From NCBI GenBank assembly GCA_038321985.1, contig JBBQFN010000014.1, positions 1 to 64,000 on the forward strand: a stretch of DNA of 64,000 bases. The letters are read 5' to 3'. How positions within the stretch are numbered: position 1 is the first letter of the stretch; every line of letters starts with the position of its first letter. Position numbers and translations under genes: made by a program. Below, in pieces: positions 33,962 through 44,002 of this stretch. This DNA comes from Cyanophyceae cyanobacterium. GTDB lineage: Bacteria; Cyanobacteriota; Cyanobacteriia; Cyanobacteriales; Laspinemataceae. A model generated the notes under the pieces. The model was not told the origin of the DNA. It saw only the letters and a list, made by a program, of their open reading frames with translations, and searched no databases.

Positions 33962-33990
33962 AAAAAAGGGGAGAATGTATTCTCCCCTTT
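33962..33990. terminator. Rho-independent terminator after EF-G paralogue
   Basis: AAAAGGGGAGAAT-GT-ATTCTCCCCTTTT perfect hairpin. Confidence 0.75.
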
Positions 33991-34455
33991 TCCCTATTTT
34001 TTGTCCCGGCTAGGAGGTAGCTAACCGGACTGATCCCGCTGAAAATCGGGGCTGATTCTTATTCAAAAAATTTTATCCATAATTTGACCCTAGAGGGAGT
34101 TTTAGAGGGTTCAAAGCTGGAAAATATTTTATAAAATTTATAAACCTGTGATAAAATTATAATTAAGGTCAAAGCGGTAAATCGGGTTGGTGATCTGGAC
34201 AGTCGGCTACTTAAAATTTGGGTAAAACTTGTCCTGTTTTTTAATTCTTAGGTATCTTATAGTGGTTTTCTGGCCAGTGGTGAGCATAAAAAGCCTCAAT
34301 CTCCCTGAGTTAGATGAAATTGAAAGTACACGAATGAAGGAATGCACCTACTTTCCCGTGAATTGCTATATTTTTTCTGGACCAGAAGAGAACAACCGAT
34401 GAAGTTTTGAGGTTAAGTCCACCACCCTTTAGAAAATTGCCCCCAAGGAGGATCT

Positions 34456-35781
34456 ATGTTCTTTAATCTCAAGTTAAAGTCAAGAATTTTATTAGGATAT
34501 TCACTCCCTTTAATATTTTCTGTGGCTTCGGCTACAGTAGTTTTCGTGAGTAGCCAGCAAGTTCATAAAGAAGTAAACTCTTCACAAATCGGCGCGGGCC
34601 TAGTCCGCGAGTCTGACCGCCTTGCTTTAAGGTTAATGTCCATTAAAAGTACCACTAGAGGCTATATAATCCAGCCGGGAAATTCTATTCCCGCCCAATT
34701 TGAAGAAGATTTAAAACTATTGGAATATTCTACAGATTATTTAAAAAATAATGTGGAAGACCTGGGACAAAAAGCACGATTGAGCAAAATCTTAGAGCTT
34801 GGTCAAAAATCTATTGATTTTAACAGAAATATTTTAATTTTAATCCAACAAAACAAAATTGCTGAGGCGACAAAAGCATATTCTAGCCCTGAACGAGAAC
34901 AATTGAATAATGAATTGGAAGAAGTTCTCAATCACTTCAATGCCCAGGAAGATGACCTGCAAGACCTAAAAAATGATCGCGTCAATTCGGTCTTAAACTT
35001 ATTGAATTTACTGGTGTTATTGAGTACCACCATCACCGTAATTGTCTCCTGGGTGCTAGGATGGGCGATCGCCAGCCGGATTACCGATACCCTTAGCGAA
35101 ACCACCAACACCATCGCCTCTTCCTCTACCGAAATCGCCTCAATGACCGAACAGCAAGAGCGCCTTGCTAATCAACAAGCCAGTGCCGTCAATGAAACCA
35201 CCAGCACAATGGAACAACTCGGCCTCTCATCTCAGGAATCCTCCGAACGCGCCGAAGCCACCACGACTCAAGTTGAACAAATTGCTAACCAAATTTTACA
35301 TTTAAGCGAGCAAGTGAACCAGATCGATAAAATTGCCGGATTAGTAAGCGATATTGCCAATCAAACTAATATGTTAGCCCTCAATGCTGCGGTTGAAGCC
35401 GTCCGTGCGGGAGAGCAAGGGAAAGGGTTTGGGGTGGTGGCCTCGGAAATTCGCAAACTGGCCGATCGCAGCAAACAATCGGCGGAGAAAATTAGCGACC
35501 TCGTAAACGATATTGAACGGGCCACCAATTCTGCCGTCATGGTTACCAAAGACGGGACTCGGAGCGTAGAAAGCGTGGTTTCTGCCGTCAATCATATAGC
35601 GGTTAATGCACAACAAATCTCCCTGAGTGCCAAACAACAAGCCCTGGCGATCCAACAAACCCTGGATGCCATGAATAGTCTAACTCAAACTGCCCAAGAC
35701 ACCGCTAGCGGTATTGCCCAAACTAAAATCAGCATTCAACAACTCAATCAAGTCGCCCTCAAGTTACAAAGAGAAATCTAG
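34456..35781 (+). CDS. Methyl-accepting chemotaxis protein, CHASE3-like sensor, short signalling domain
   Basis: Two TM segments, [54 protein letters not shown]. Confidence 0.92.
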   Translation: MFFNLKLKSRILLGYSLPLIFSVASATVVFVSSQQVHKEVNSSQIGAGLVRESDRLALRLMSIKSTTRGYIIQPGNSIPAQFEEDLKLLEYSTDYLKNNVEDLGQKARLSKILELGQKSIDFNRNILILIQQNKIAEATKAYSSPEREQLNNELEEVLNHFNAQEDDLQDLKNDRVNSVLNLLNLLVLLSTTITVIVSWVLGWAIASRITDTLSETTNTIASSSTEIASMTEQQERLANQQASAVNETTSTMEQLGLSSQESSERAEATTTQVEQIANQILHLSEQVNQIDKIAGLVSDIANQTNMLALNAAVEAVRAGEQGKGFGVVASEIRKLADRSKQSAEKISDLVNDIERATNSAVMVTKDGTRSVESVVSAVNHIAVNAQQISLSAKQQALAIQQTLDAMNSLTQTAQDTASGIAQTKISIQQLNQVALKLQREI

Positions 35782-36117
35782 GCGGGATAATCTTTAATCT
35801 AGGTGTTCTAGGGGTGGACTTAACAGTCCCCGACCTCGTACCAGTCTCTTCATTGTCCCGGCCTTCTCCGTGGCGTCCTTTACTTTGCCAGGGAAAAGGT
35901 AGCAGGAATACCGTTTCATCTTGCCATTAAGCCGTAAGATGAGCCATAAGCGGGACAACAATATCACCGATGGGACAGTCAATCATCAGAATTCATCGAT
36001 TCTGAGTTTACGCATCCTGATAAATCTCATGGATATTGAGGTAGGCCAATCAGGGCTGCAATAACCCCGGACTAGATTCGGTGGGTTGAAGTCACATTAA
36101 GGAGTCACGATCTAATT

Positions 36118-37593
36118 ATGTTGGACAGCTTAAAACTAAGGGGACGAATTCTCGCGTGCATTATCATTCCGTTGTTAGTTTCCACTGTACTCGCTACCGT
36201 GATTGTTTCAAACGTTAGGAAAGTCGATCAACTCGATGAACAGATCAGGCTTTCCTCACAGATCGTGGACGACGTGGCCGAAGCCACCCTTTACGCGATT
36301 CGGATGGAACGTTCCACCCGAGGATATTTGGTGAATATCAAGGACCGCCATCGTCAAGGATTTGAGATGGGTGGGGAGTCCTATCGTGAGATTATTACCC
36401 GTTTAGAGCCAAAAATTGCTGAACTGGAGGATCCATTACAGCGACAGCGGTTTGACGAGTACCGCCGGTTGGGAAATCAACTGCAACAACTGGATCTCCA
36501 AATGGTCCAATTGGCGCAATCCAATCGTAGGGAGGAAGCAGTGGCTTTATTTTCTACGGACCAAAGCAGTAATTTGATCCGGGAGATGGAGTCGCTTCAT
36601 GATGCCTTTATCCAACAAGAACGGGATATTTTGGAGGTCAAATACATAGAAGCCAAGCAAGCGTTACACAGGTCTGTGGCGATCGCCGGGTGGGGAAGTG
36701 GGATTGTTGGCTTATTAACGATGGCGATTGGCGCAAAATTAGCCTCCAGCGTCCGCAATCGTATTGAACGTGCTATCCAGGAAGTTGCCACCTCATCTAC
36801 CCAGTTTGCCGCCACCTTCGGCTACCAGGAAAACTCCGCCACCGCCCAAGCCACTTCCGTTACCCAAACCACTACCTCAATGGAGGAGTTAAATGCCTCT
36901 TCTAAAGCTACCGCAGAGCAAGCTGAATCTGCGGCGGCTAAAGCTATTTTGGTATTAAATTTAGTGGATGCGGCTAGTCATGAGATGCCAGTCTATTCTA
37001 CTTCCAGTTCTGGGTCCCGAACCTCGGGCCTCAAGTCACGCGATCGCCACGGCCCTACAGCGAATTCTAGCTTGAAAGAAACGGTTAATCTGATTGCCAG
37101 TCGCATCGAACAACTTACCCACCAGCTTTACCAAATTGATGAAATTGCTAGTACCGTTAGTAATATCGCCAATCAAACCAATATGTTAGCCCTCAATGCT
37201 TCCGTGGAAGCGGTTCGCGCCGGTGAAGCCGGGAAGGGCTTTGGAGTGGTTGCCGCAGAAATTCGCAAACTCGCCGACCAAAGTGGTCGCTGTGCCGATA
37301 GAATTAATTCTCTGGTGAAAGAAATTCAATCCGTTACTTCCCTGACGGTTCAGGTTACAAAAGAAGGCACACAAACGGTCGAAGTTGTGGTGGAAGCCAT
37401 TGATGAAATTGTTAACAATACCCAACAAATTTCGTTAACGGCCCAACAACAGGCGATCGCAATTCAGCAGGTCTTTGAAGCTATGAATGCTTTGAATAAC
37501 ATTGCCGGGGAAACGGTTAATAGTATTTATCAGGCCAAAATCGGTACCGAAAAACTCAATAAAGCTGCCCTAGACCTCAAAGAAATGGTTTGA
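36118..37593 (+). CDS. Methyl-accepting chemotaxis protein, CHASE3-like sensor, short signalling domain
   Basis: Two TM segments, [44 protein letters not shown]. Confidence 0.92.
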   Translation: MLDSLKLRGRILACIIIPLLVSTVLATVIVSNVRKVDQLDEQIRLSSQIVDDVAEATLYAIRMERSTRGYLVNIKDRHRQGFEMGGESYREIITRLEPKIAELEDPLQRQRFDEYRRLGNQLQQLDLQMVQLAQSNRREEAVALFSTDQSSNLIREMESLHDAFIQQERDILEVKYIEAKQALHRSVAIAGWGSGIVGLLTMAIGAKLASSVRNRIERAIQEVATSSTQFAATFGYQENSATAQATSVTQTTTSMEELNASSKATAEQAESAAAKAILVLNLVDAASHEMPVYSTSSSGSRTSGLKSRDRHGPTANSSLKETVNLIASRIEQLTHQLYQIDEIASTVSNIANQTNMLALNASVEAVRAGEAGKGFGVVAAEIRKLADQSGRCADRINSLVKEIQSVTSLTVQVTKEGTQTVEVVVEAIDEIVNNTQQISLTAQQQAIAIQQVFEAMNALNNIAGETVNSIYQAKIGTEKLNKAALDLKEMV

Positions 37594-38893
37594 ATAATCG
37601 ATAGAATAGGTCTAAATTATGTTGACATAGAAATAGGGAACAAGATGTGAAGCAGGACGGCACGCTCATAAAATGCACTACAAGACTTTCAGTCTTAAAT
37701 CCCTTGTCAAATTCATTTAGGGTTGCTCTAGCAAGTCAGGCCATAGTTAAACAATTCTTTTAGGCAGGTTCAAGGGAGTCTAAAAGAATTGCAGGGGTGC
37801 AAGCGGCACATAAATTGCCCCTGATAGGGAACAATTTAGGTGGGCGATCGCTGCCAGTTTTATGGATATCAGGGCAAGACTCTAAATTCAATTTTTTCTC
37901 TGATTGGAGAGAAAAAAGAAAAGAGGAGGAAAAAGCCTTGGGGAGCAAAACCTCATGGGGAATGTAGTTTAAGTACCTTTATAAACCCCCTCACTAACCC
38001 TCTAGAAGTTCAGACTACCATCACAATCAGGCAGGACAGCGGAATTGGGTATAATGAAGCAAATCAGGGCGTTGAACCCGGAAGCGACTCAAATCGTTAC
38101 TAAAAATTAAGAAAAGACTAAAGTCGTTGAGTTGTCTCCCTGGAGTTTGTCATAAAAAACTCTGCAAATTTTAGGGGAGACAGCTTACCCGCAATCGGGC
38201 CAGTTGCACCCCGATCAACTCAAAGCGTAATCCCGGCGGAAAGTGGGTGCTATCCCTTGCCTTAGTCAGCAAATTATGCGAAACTTGCAACAGGTTAAAA
38301 TATGGCTGTTATTTCTGTTAAGCCCCAAAGTCGAGTCACTCTCCGGACCCAGCTCCAGGGTAGAAAAAAAGCCGGAAAGCTCGGGGAAATCAGCCCGGGT
38401 GGGGTAGATACCAGGAGAGAAAAGTTTATGGCCTTAAGGAGCAAGTCAGCCCAGGTTCAGCGAACCAACTCTCCAGAATCCAGCGGGCGATCGCCTCGGG
38501 TCTTTTTCCCTAATGCTCCTCAATGGAGGTCTGTGCTAAAACAGCGATTAATCTTCAATAAAATCAGGGTGGCAACGATTGAGCCAAAGGCAACAGTGAG
38601 AGGGAATTTAATAAGCAAGCCCAGGATTAAATGATAAAATTTATCGTCCAAATCATCGGTAACGAGATTGAATGATCAGAAATTCGCCTAAACCGTAAAC
38701 GGTGCAGGGGAAACCAGAAGGAATCAGGAGAATTTTCGGCAGTATTTTAAAGGGTTAAAAATATTTGAAACCGAGTTAATCAGGTAGCAGACTGAAGATA
38801 AAAGCGGGAAATTTCAGGAAAAAAAGGGAATCTTCAAGATAGGGGGGTTATCCCCGTGAAATTCCCAGATCTGACTCCGGAGGAGGTAAAGCC

Positions 38894-41473
38894 ATGATGA
38901 TCGACGATGAAGAACTCAGACTGACATTTAAGGTCGCCAGTGAAGAGCACGTTCAAAAACTTAATGAAGGATTATTACACTTAGAACAAGAGCCGGATGA
39001 TGCGGGGAAACTGGAAGAATTAATGCGAGAAGCCCACAGCCTAAAAGGGGATGCGGGAATGTTAGGGGTGAAAGATATTGCCACCCTGGCGCATCAGTGG
39101 GAACATCTGCTTGGAGGAGTCAAACGCAAGGAAACGCCGTTAACTCCTGAGTTGTGCGATCGCCTTTATCATGGTTTAGACGCGATCGGCAAACTCGTTC
39201 AAGAAGCAGTCAGCGGAGAAGATGCCGGAGTCAACACCTTTTATGTCCTGGCCTACTTAATGGGTGCTAAAGCGGAATCCGCAGCGGACGAAACCCCGCG
39301 ATCAGAAACCCCACCCCCAGAAATTCTCCCCCAGGAACAGCAGGAGAATCCCTCGGTTAATTTAGAGGACCTAGCAGCGCTTGCAGCCCTTGGGGAAGCG
39401 ATCACATCCGCCCAGGACCCAAAAGAAGAGAGTACCCCAGATAGCAGGCTCATCAGCGCAGCCTTGCCGGAGGCGATCGCCCCGGTGGAAGTTACCGCCA
39501 GTTCGCCCAAAGTGACAGCTACGACCAATGGACATAAGCCGGCCCCCCTGAGTAAACCGGAGATCTCCATCGGGACAATTAGTGCCCCCCCACCCCCAGG
39601 AGGCGATCGGCGCAGAGATTCGGGACTTTTCCAAAGCCCTATCCTGCCCGAGTCCCAACCCCTTTCCTCTCTCCCCATCACCCAAACCTCCCCCACCAAC
39701 AGTAACTACCGCATCGACACCATCCGCGTAGAAACCCGCAATCTGGATAGTTTGATGACCCAAACCGGGGAACTCACCGTCAGCAAAATTCGGATTGCCC
39801 ATCGACTCAGTGAAGTCGAAGAAATAGTCACCCTGTGGGAGGAATGGAGTCGCGATAGCTTTGTAAATCGTTTTGCCCTCGAAGAAGTGATCCGGGGCAA
39901 CCGTAATGGATCATTAGACCGATTGCAAAGCTTTTATCATCGACTCGAAGATAGACTCGAACGCCTCGGCCAAGTTGCCAACCGCCTCAGAAATTCAGTT
40001 TACGAAGATAACGCCCGCCTCGAAACCATTGCCGATGAACTAGAAGAAGGCATCCGCACCCTGCGCCTGTTGCCCTTATCTACCATTTTTAGTCTATTTC
40101 CCCGGATGGTGCGGGATTTAGCCAAACAAGAAGGCAAGCAAGTTGAACTGATGATCGAAGGAGGGGACACCCGCGCCGATAAGCGCATCCTCGAAGAAAT
40201 GAAAGACCCTTTGATGCATATCATTCGTAATGCGATCGATCATGGCATCGAAACCCCTGGGGAACGGCAGCAAAAGGGCAAATCTCCGAAAGCCACCATT
40301 GTGCTTAAGGGCTACCAAACCGCCACCAACATCGTCCTTGAAATCCAGGATGATGGGCGTGGACTCGATCTAGAAAAAATTAAACAAACCGCCATCAAGC
40401 GGGGGGTCTGCCGAGAAGAAGAACTCGCCACCATGACCACCCACCAAATCCATAGCCTCATTTTCAGTCCGGGATTCTCCACCCGAACCTTTGTCACGGA
40501 GGTATCTGGGCGCGGTGTAGGACTTGATGTGGTTCGTACCAACGTAGAACGGCTCAAAGGCAGCATTCACGTCGAATCTACCCCCGGAAAAGGCACCACC
40601 CTGCGCTTATCTCTGGGCACCACCCTCGCCACCGCTCATGTTCTTCTCGTAGAGGTCGATGGCATTGCCTATGCTCTGCCGGTAGAGTTCGTGCAACTGG
40701 CTCGTTTGGTCCCTGAAAGCGATATTTTTCCTCTGGAAGGACGGGAAACCATCATTTTAGAAGGGTATCCCGTTTCCGTCGTTAAACTTGCCGATTTGCT
40801 GGAACTGCCCCCCCGAGGCGTCCTCAATCCAGCGAAAAGCATGAATAATTCCAGTCTCCCTTGCATTATTCTGCAAGTTGCAGAAGAACGTCTCGGCCTG
40901 CTAGTAGATGCGTTAGTGGACGAGCAAGATGTGGTGCTCAAACCCCAAAGTAAACTGCTCAAACGGGTCCGAAACATTTCCGGGGCAACGATTTTAGGAA
41001 CGGGGGAAGTCTGTATGGTATTAAACCCCCATGACTTACTCAAGTCCGTGAAAAAACGAGGGAAAGCCGCTGCCGTTGTACCCAAACCCCAGGAGGAAGA
41101 TTCCCCGCAAAAATTATTAGTCTTACTGGTTGAAGACTCGATCGCCACCCGTACCCAAGAAAAACGCATTTTAGAAAATGCGGGATATGAGGTGGTGACA
41201 GCGGTGGACGGTTTAGATGGATACAATAAACTTAGGACCCGTAATTTTGATGCGGTGATCTCGGATATCCAAATGCCCAATCTGGATGGGTTAGGGCTAG
41301 TCACCAAAATTCGCCAACACAAGGAATATTCCGAGTTGCCGATCATTCTGGTGACTTCCCTGGCAAGCGATGACGATAAACGACGGGGGGCAGAAGCGGG
41401 GGCCAATTCTTATATTCCCAAAAGCAGCTTCAATCAAGAAGTCCTATTAGAAACGCTCAAACGGTTAATTTAG
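38894..41473 (+). CDS. cheA: Hybrid CheA (Hpt-dimer-HATPase-CheW-REC)
   Basis: REAHSLKG, HIIRNAIDHG, SGRGVGLDVV, CheW domain, C-terminal REC. RBS GGAGGAGG. Confidence 0.93.
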   Translation: MMIDDEELRLTFKVASEEHVQKLNEGLLHLEQEPDDAGKLEELMREAHSLKGDAGMLGVKDIATLAHQWEHLLGGVKRKETPLTPELCDRLYHGLDAIGKLVQEAVSGEDAGVNTFYVLAYLMGAKAESAADETPRSETPPPEILPQEQQENPSVNLEDLAALAALGEAITSAQDPKEESTPDSRLISAALPEAIAPVEVTASSPKVTATTNGHKPAPLSKPEISIGTISAPPPPGGDRRRDSGLFQSPILPESQPLSSLPITQTSPTNSNYRIDTIRVETRNLDSLMTQTGELTVSKIRIAHRLSEVEEIVTLWEEWSRDSFVNRFALEEVIRGNRNGSLDRLQSFYHRLEDRLERLGQVANRLRNSVYEDNARLETIADELEEGIRTLRLLPLSTIFSLFPRMVRDLAKQEGKQVELMIEGGDTRADKRILEEMKDPLMHIIRNAIDHGIETPGERQQKGKSPKATIVLKGYQTATNIVLEIQDDGRGLDLEKIKQTAIKRGVCREEELATMTTHQIHSLIFSPGFSTRTFVTEVSGRGVGLDVVRTNVERLKGSIHVESTPGKGTTLRLSLGTTLATAHVLLVEVDGIAYALPVEFVQLARLVPESDIFPLEGRETIILEGYPVSVVKLADLLELPPRGVLNPAKSMNNSSLPCIILQVAEERLGLLVDALVDEQDVVLKPQSKLLKRVRNISGATILGTGEVCMVLNPHDLLKSVKKRGKAAAVVPKPQEEDSPQKLLVLLVEDSIATRTQEKRILENAGYEVVTAVDGLDGYNKLRTRNFDAVISDIQMPNLDGLGLVTKIRQHKEYSELPIILVTSLASDDDKRRGAEAGANSYIPKSSFNQEVLLETLKRLI

Positions 41474-41552
41474 AAAGGAAAAGGGGAGAGTCAGGGCAGA
41501 TCGCCCGGACACCTTCTATGTATGACCGTTCGACAGGCAGGCACATCAAAGA

Positions 41553-42752
41553 ATGAACAAAAAGCCGATTCGAGTTTTGCTGGTGGAGGATTCTCCCGTG
41601 GCACTGACCATTTTTAAGCGCTTACTGGGATCCACTCCCGAGATTGAAATTGTGGGGACAGCACAGACGGGTATCGAAGGGTTGGAGTTGATTCCCAAGG
41701 TTCATCCCCATGTAATTTGTACCGACCTGCATATGCCGAAAATGGACGGGTTGGAATTTACAAAAGAGGTGATGGCAAAATTCCCTTGCCCTATTTTGGT
41801 GATCAGTTCCTCGGTGCAAGCGGAGGATACTCACACGGTTTTTAATTTGCTCAAGGCGGGGGCAGTGGATGTATTTCCGAAGCCTCGTCAGGGGGTGATG
41901 GCGAATTTTGAGGCGATTCGTCATGAACTGATTTCTAAAATTAAAGTGTTATCCGGGGTGACGGTGTTTACGCTGCATCGACGCGCTGCTGCAGATCGCA
42001 ATACTCTGCGATCGCTTGGGGTTGTTCCGCCTAAAAGTGATCAAAAACAGTTTATCCCGGAACAGAAGCGGGTCAATCCAGGGATTCAAATGGTAAAAGT
42101 TCCGCCGTTCTCCCCCCGTTCTAGCTTGGCTTTCCCCCCTGCCAGTGCAGATTCTCCCATTGCTGCGGGGTCCTTGCGAGGGGTGAAAATAGTGGCGATC
42201 GGGGCTTCTACCGGAGGACCTCAAGCATTACACACCATTCTGTCTCACCTACCTCCGAAATTTCCGGTACCTGTGATTTGTGTACAACACATTAGTGAAG
42301 GATTTTTAAAAGGGTTGGTAGATTGGTTAGGTTCTGAGTGTCAGTTACCCGTAAAAATTGCCTCATTAGGCGAAAACCCTCAACCGGGAATTATTTATTT
42401 TCCACCGGAACAAAAACATTTAGAGTTGGACAATATGGGTCGGTTTCTGTTTTCGAGTGCCGCTCCCGTTTCGGGACATCGCCCGTCAGTGACCATGACG
42501 TTTAATTCCGTGGCAAAATTTTATCGTCAAGCTGCTTTGGGAATTTTGCTCACCGGAATGGGTCGAGATGGTGCCGATGGGATGTTAGAAATTTTCAAGC
42601 AGGGAGGGATAACGATCGCTCAAAATGAAGGCACTTGTGTCGTGTTTGGAATGCCAAAAGAAGCGATCGCTTTAAGTGCTGCTCGTTATATTCTTCCTAT
42701 TACCGATATTGCGCCGATGCTCCTCCATCGGATTTTTTCCGATCGCCATTAA
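41553..42752 (+). CDS. cheB: Chemotaxis protein-glutamate methylesterase CheB (REC-methylesterase)
   Basis: REC domain, GASTGG, VQHI, HRPSV, LTGMGRDG, VFGMP. Confidence 0.94.
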   Translation: MNKKPIRVLLVEDSPVALTIFKRLLGSTPEIEIVGTAQTGIEGLELIPKVHPHVICTDLHMPKMDGLEFTKEVMAKFPCPILVISSSVQAEDTHTVFNLLKAGAVDVFPKPRQGVMANFEAIRHELISKIKVLSGVTVFTLHRRAAADRNTLRSLGVVPPKSDQKQFIPEQKRVNPGIQMVKVPPFSPRSSLAFPPASADSPIAAGSLRGVKIVAIGASTGGPQALHTILSHLPPKFPVPVICVQHISEGFLKGLVDWLGSECQLPVKIASLGENPQPGIIYFPPEQKHLELDNMGRFLFSSAAPVSGHRPSVTMTFNSVAKFYRQAALGILLTGMGRDGADGMLEIFKQGGITIAQNEGTCVVFGMPKEAIALSAARYILPITDIAPMLLHRIFSDRH

Positions 42753-42816
42753 CGATTTTCACGGGGTATATCACCTCGGGGATGATAAAATCAGGTGAAC
42801 GGTTCACGAGGTAACC

Positions 42817-43410
42817 ATGCGCGATCGCCACCCCAACAGTTACTCCCTACAGTCCCCGGATTTAGCGCAGGAGAACGGTCTAGTTCTCCTGAAACCCTTT
42901 ACCGCCGCCGCCCAGGAAACGATACTATCCTCCAAGTGCGGCCCGGGGCGGGTTACCGAGACTCTATCCCAATTGTTAACCCAACACGTTCGCGGCACAA
43001 ACTGTCAAATTTCTCTCCATCCGAGTCCAGTTCATATTAAATCCGCCTCGGCTTATTACTATCCTGATTTAGTGGTCAGTTACGACCCGCGCGATCGCCA
43101 AGCCAATTGCCCGATCGCCGAGGGAGTCATTCAATATCCCTGTTTGATTATCGATGTCATCTCGGACCCCTTTCTAACCCGGGAAAAACAGGAGCAATTT
43201 GACCACTACCGCCAAATTGAAACCTTAGAAGAATATGTTTGGCTTGATCCAACTCAACCCAAACTGGAATGTTTTCGCAAAATTCAACCCGGGGTTTGGG
43301 AACAGTATCGATACGAACTAGGGCATGATGTTTATTTGGATAGTCTGAGCTTTTTGATAGAAATTGAAGCCATTTATAAGCCCGTACTCATCGGGTCCCG
43401 TAAGGGCTGA
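42817..43410 (+). CDS. Uma2-family endonuclease-like protein (degenerate)
   Basis: YYYPDLVVSYDPRDR, YPCLIIDVIS, YRQIETLEEYV. The N-terminus is atypical. Confidence 0.75.
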   Translation: MRDRHPNSYSLQSPDLAQENGLVLLKPFTAAAQETILSSKCGPGRVTETLSQLLTQHVRGTNCQISLHPSPVHIKSASAYYYPDLVVSYDPRDRQANCPIAEGVIQYPCLIIDVISDPFLTREKQEQFDHYRQIETLEEYVWLDPTQPKLECFRKIQPGVWEQYRYELGHDVYLDSLSFLIEIEAIYKPVLIGSRKG

Positions 43411-43418
43411 AATTCCGT

Positions 43419-43913
43419 TTAATCCAGCAGTTTATCCAAGTTCAGATAAAAGGCAATTGCACCGGCATCAGTCGTAATAATTTTTTCGACCGCTGCCGGC
43501 GCAGAGTTTTTGCCTTGGCTACCTTGTCGGTAGGAGGTGGGAACTTCCTCAAATTTATCTTCGGGAACGTCTAAAATTGCGGGTAAATTCTGAAGCGGAA
43601 TCCCAATCCGATCGCCATTGCTGACCCTGCAAATAATTAGATAGGACGGTTCCCGATCAGAAGGCTCTGGAGTGAGAAACAGGCTAGATAGATCCAACAG
43701 AGTAATCAAATCCGAATCAATTTTAACCAAGCTGCGTCCCCCTTCAAGGGTACCCTTAGCGGTAAATTCCGTAAGGACGCGCTGCACCCGTTCAATGGCG
43801 ATCGCATAGGTTTCCCCAGCGACTTCAAAAACTACCAGCTTGCGAGTTGGGATGCGCTGATCCGTGGATTTTTTATTGTGGAAACGGCGGCTGTACTTAG
43901 AGGGAGAAAACAT
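43419..43913 (-). CDS. cheW: CheW-like protein
   Basis: KLVVFEVAGETYAIAIERVQRV, LLDLS, RIGIP. Last gene of the minus-strand taxis cluster. Confidence 0.82.
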   Translation of the reverse strand: MFSPSKYSRRFHNKKSTDQRIPTRKLVVFEVAGETYAIAIERVQRVLTEFTAKGTLEGGRSLVKIDSDLITLLDLSSLFLTPEPSDREPSYLIICRVSNGDRIGIPLQNLPAILDVPEDKFEEVPTSYRQGSQGKNSAPAAVEKIITTDAGAIAFYLNLDKLLD

Positions 43914-44002
43914 AGTAGGCAGAATCAAGGAGGGGTGGGAAACTAGAAAAATTTTTAGACAAAAATTAGCGCAAAATTAGCTCAATTGTAATTAAATTAA
44001 AA

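Noticed and set aside
38302..38634. 110-aa ORF upstream of cheA
   Set aside because: No recognisable motif or RBS, and a basic low-information composition; probably spurious.
40669..41406. 245-aa antisense ORF (and similar shadow ORFs across the window)
   Set aside because: It lies wholly opposite cheA and is explained by codon bias on the coding strand.
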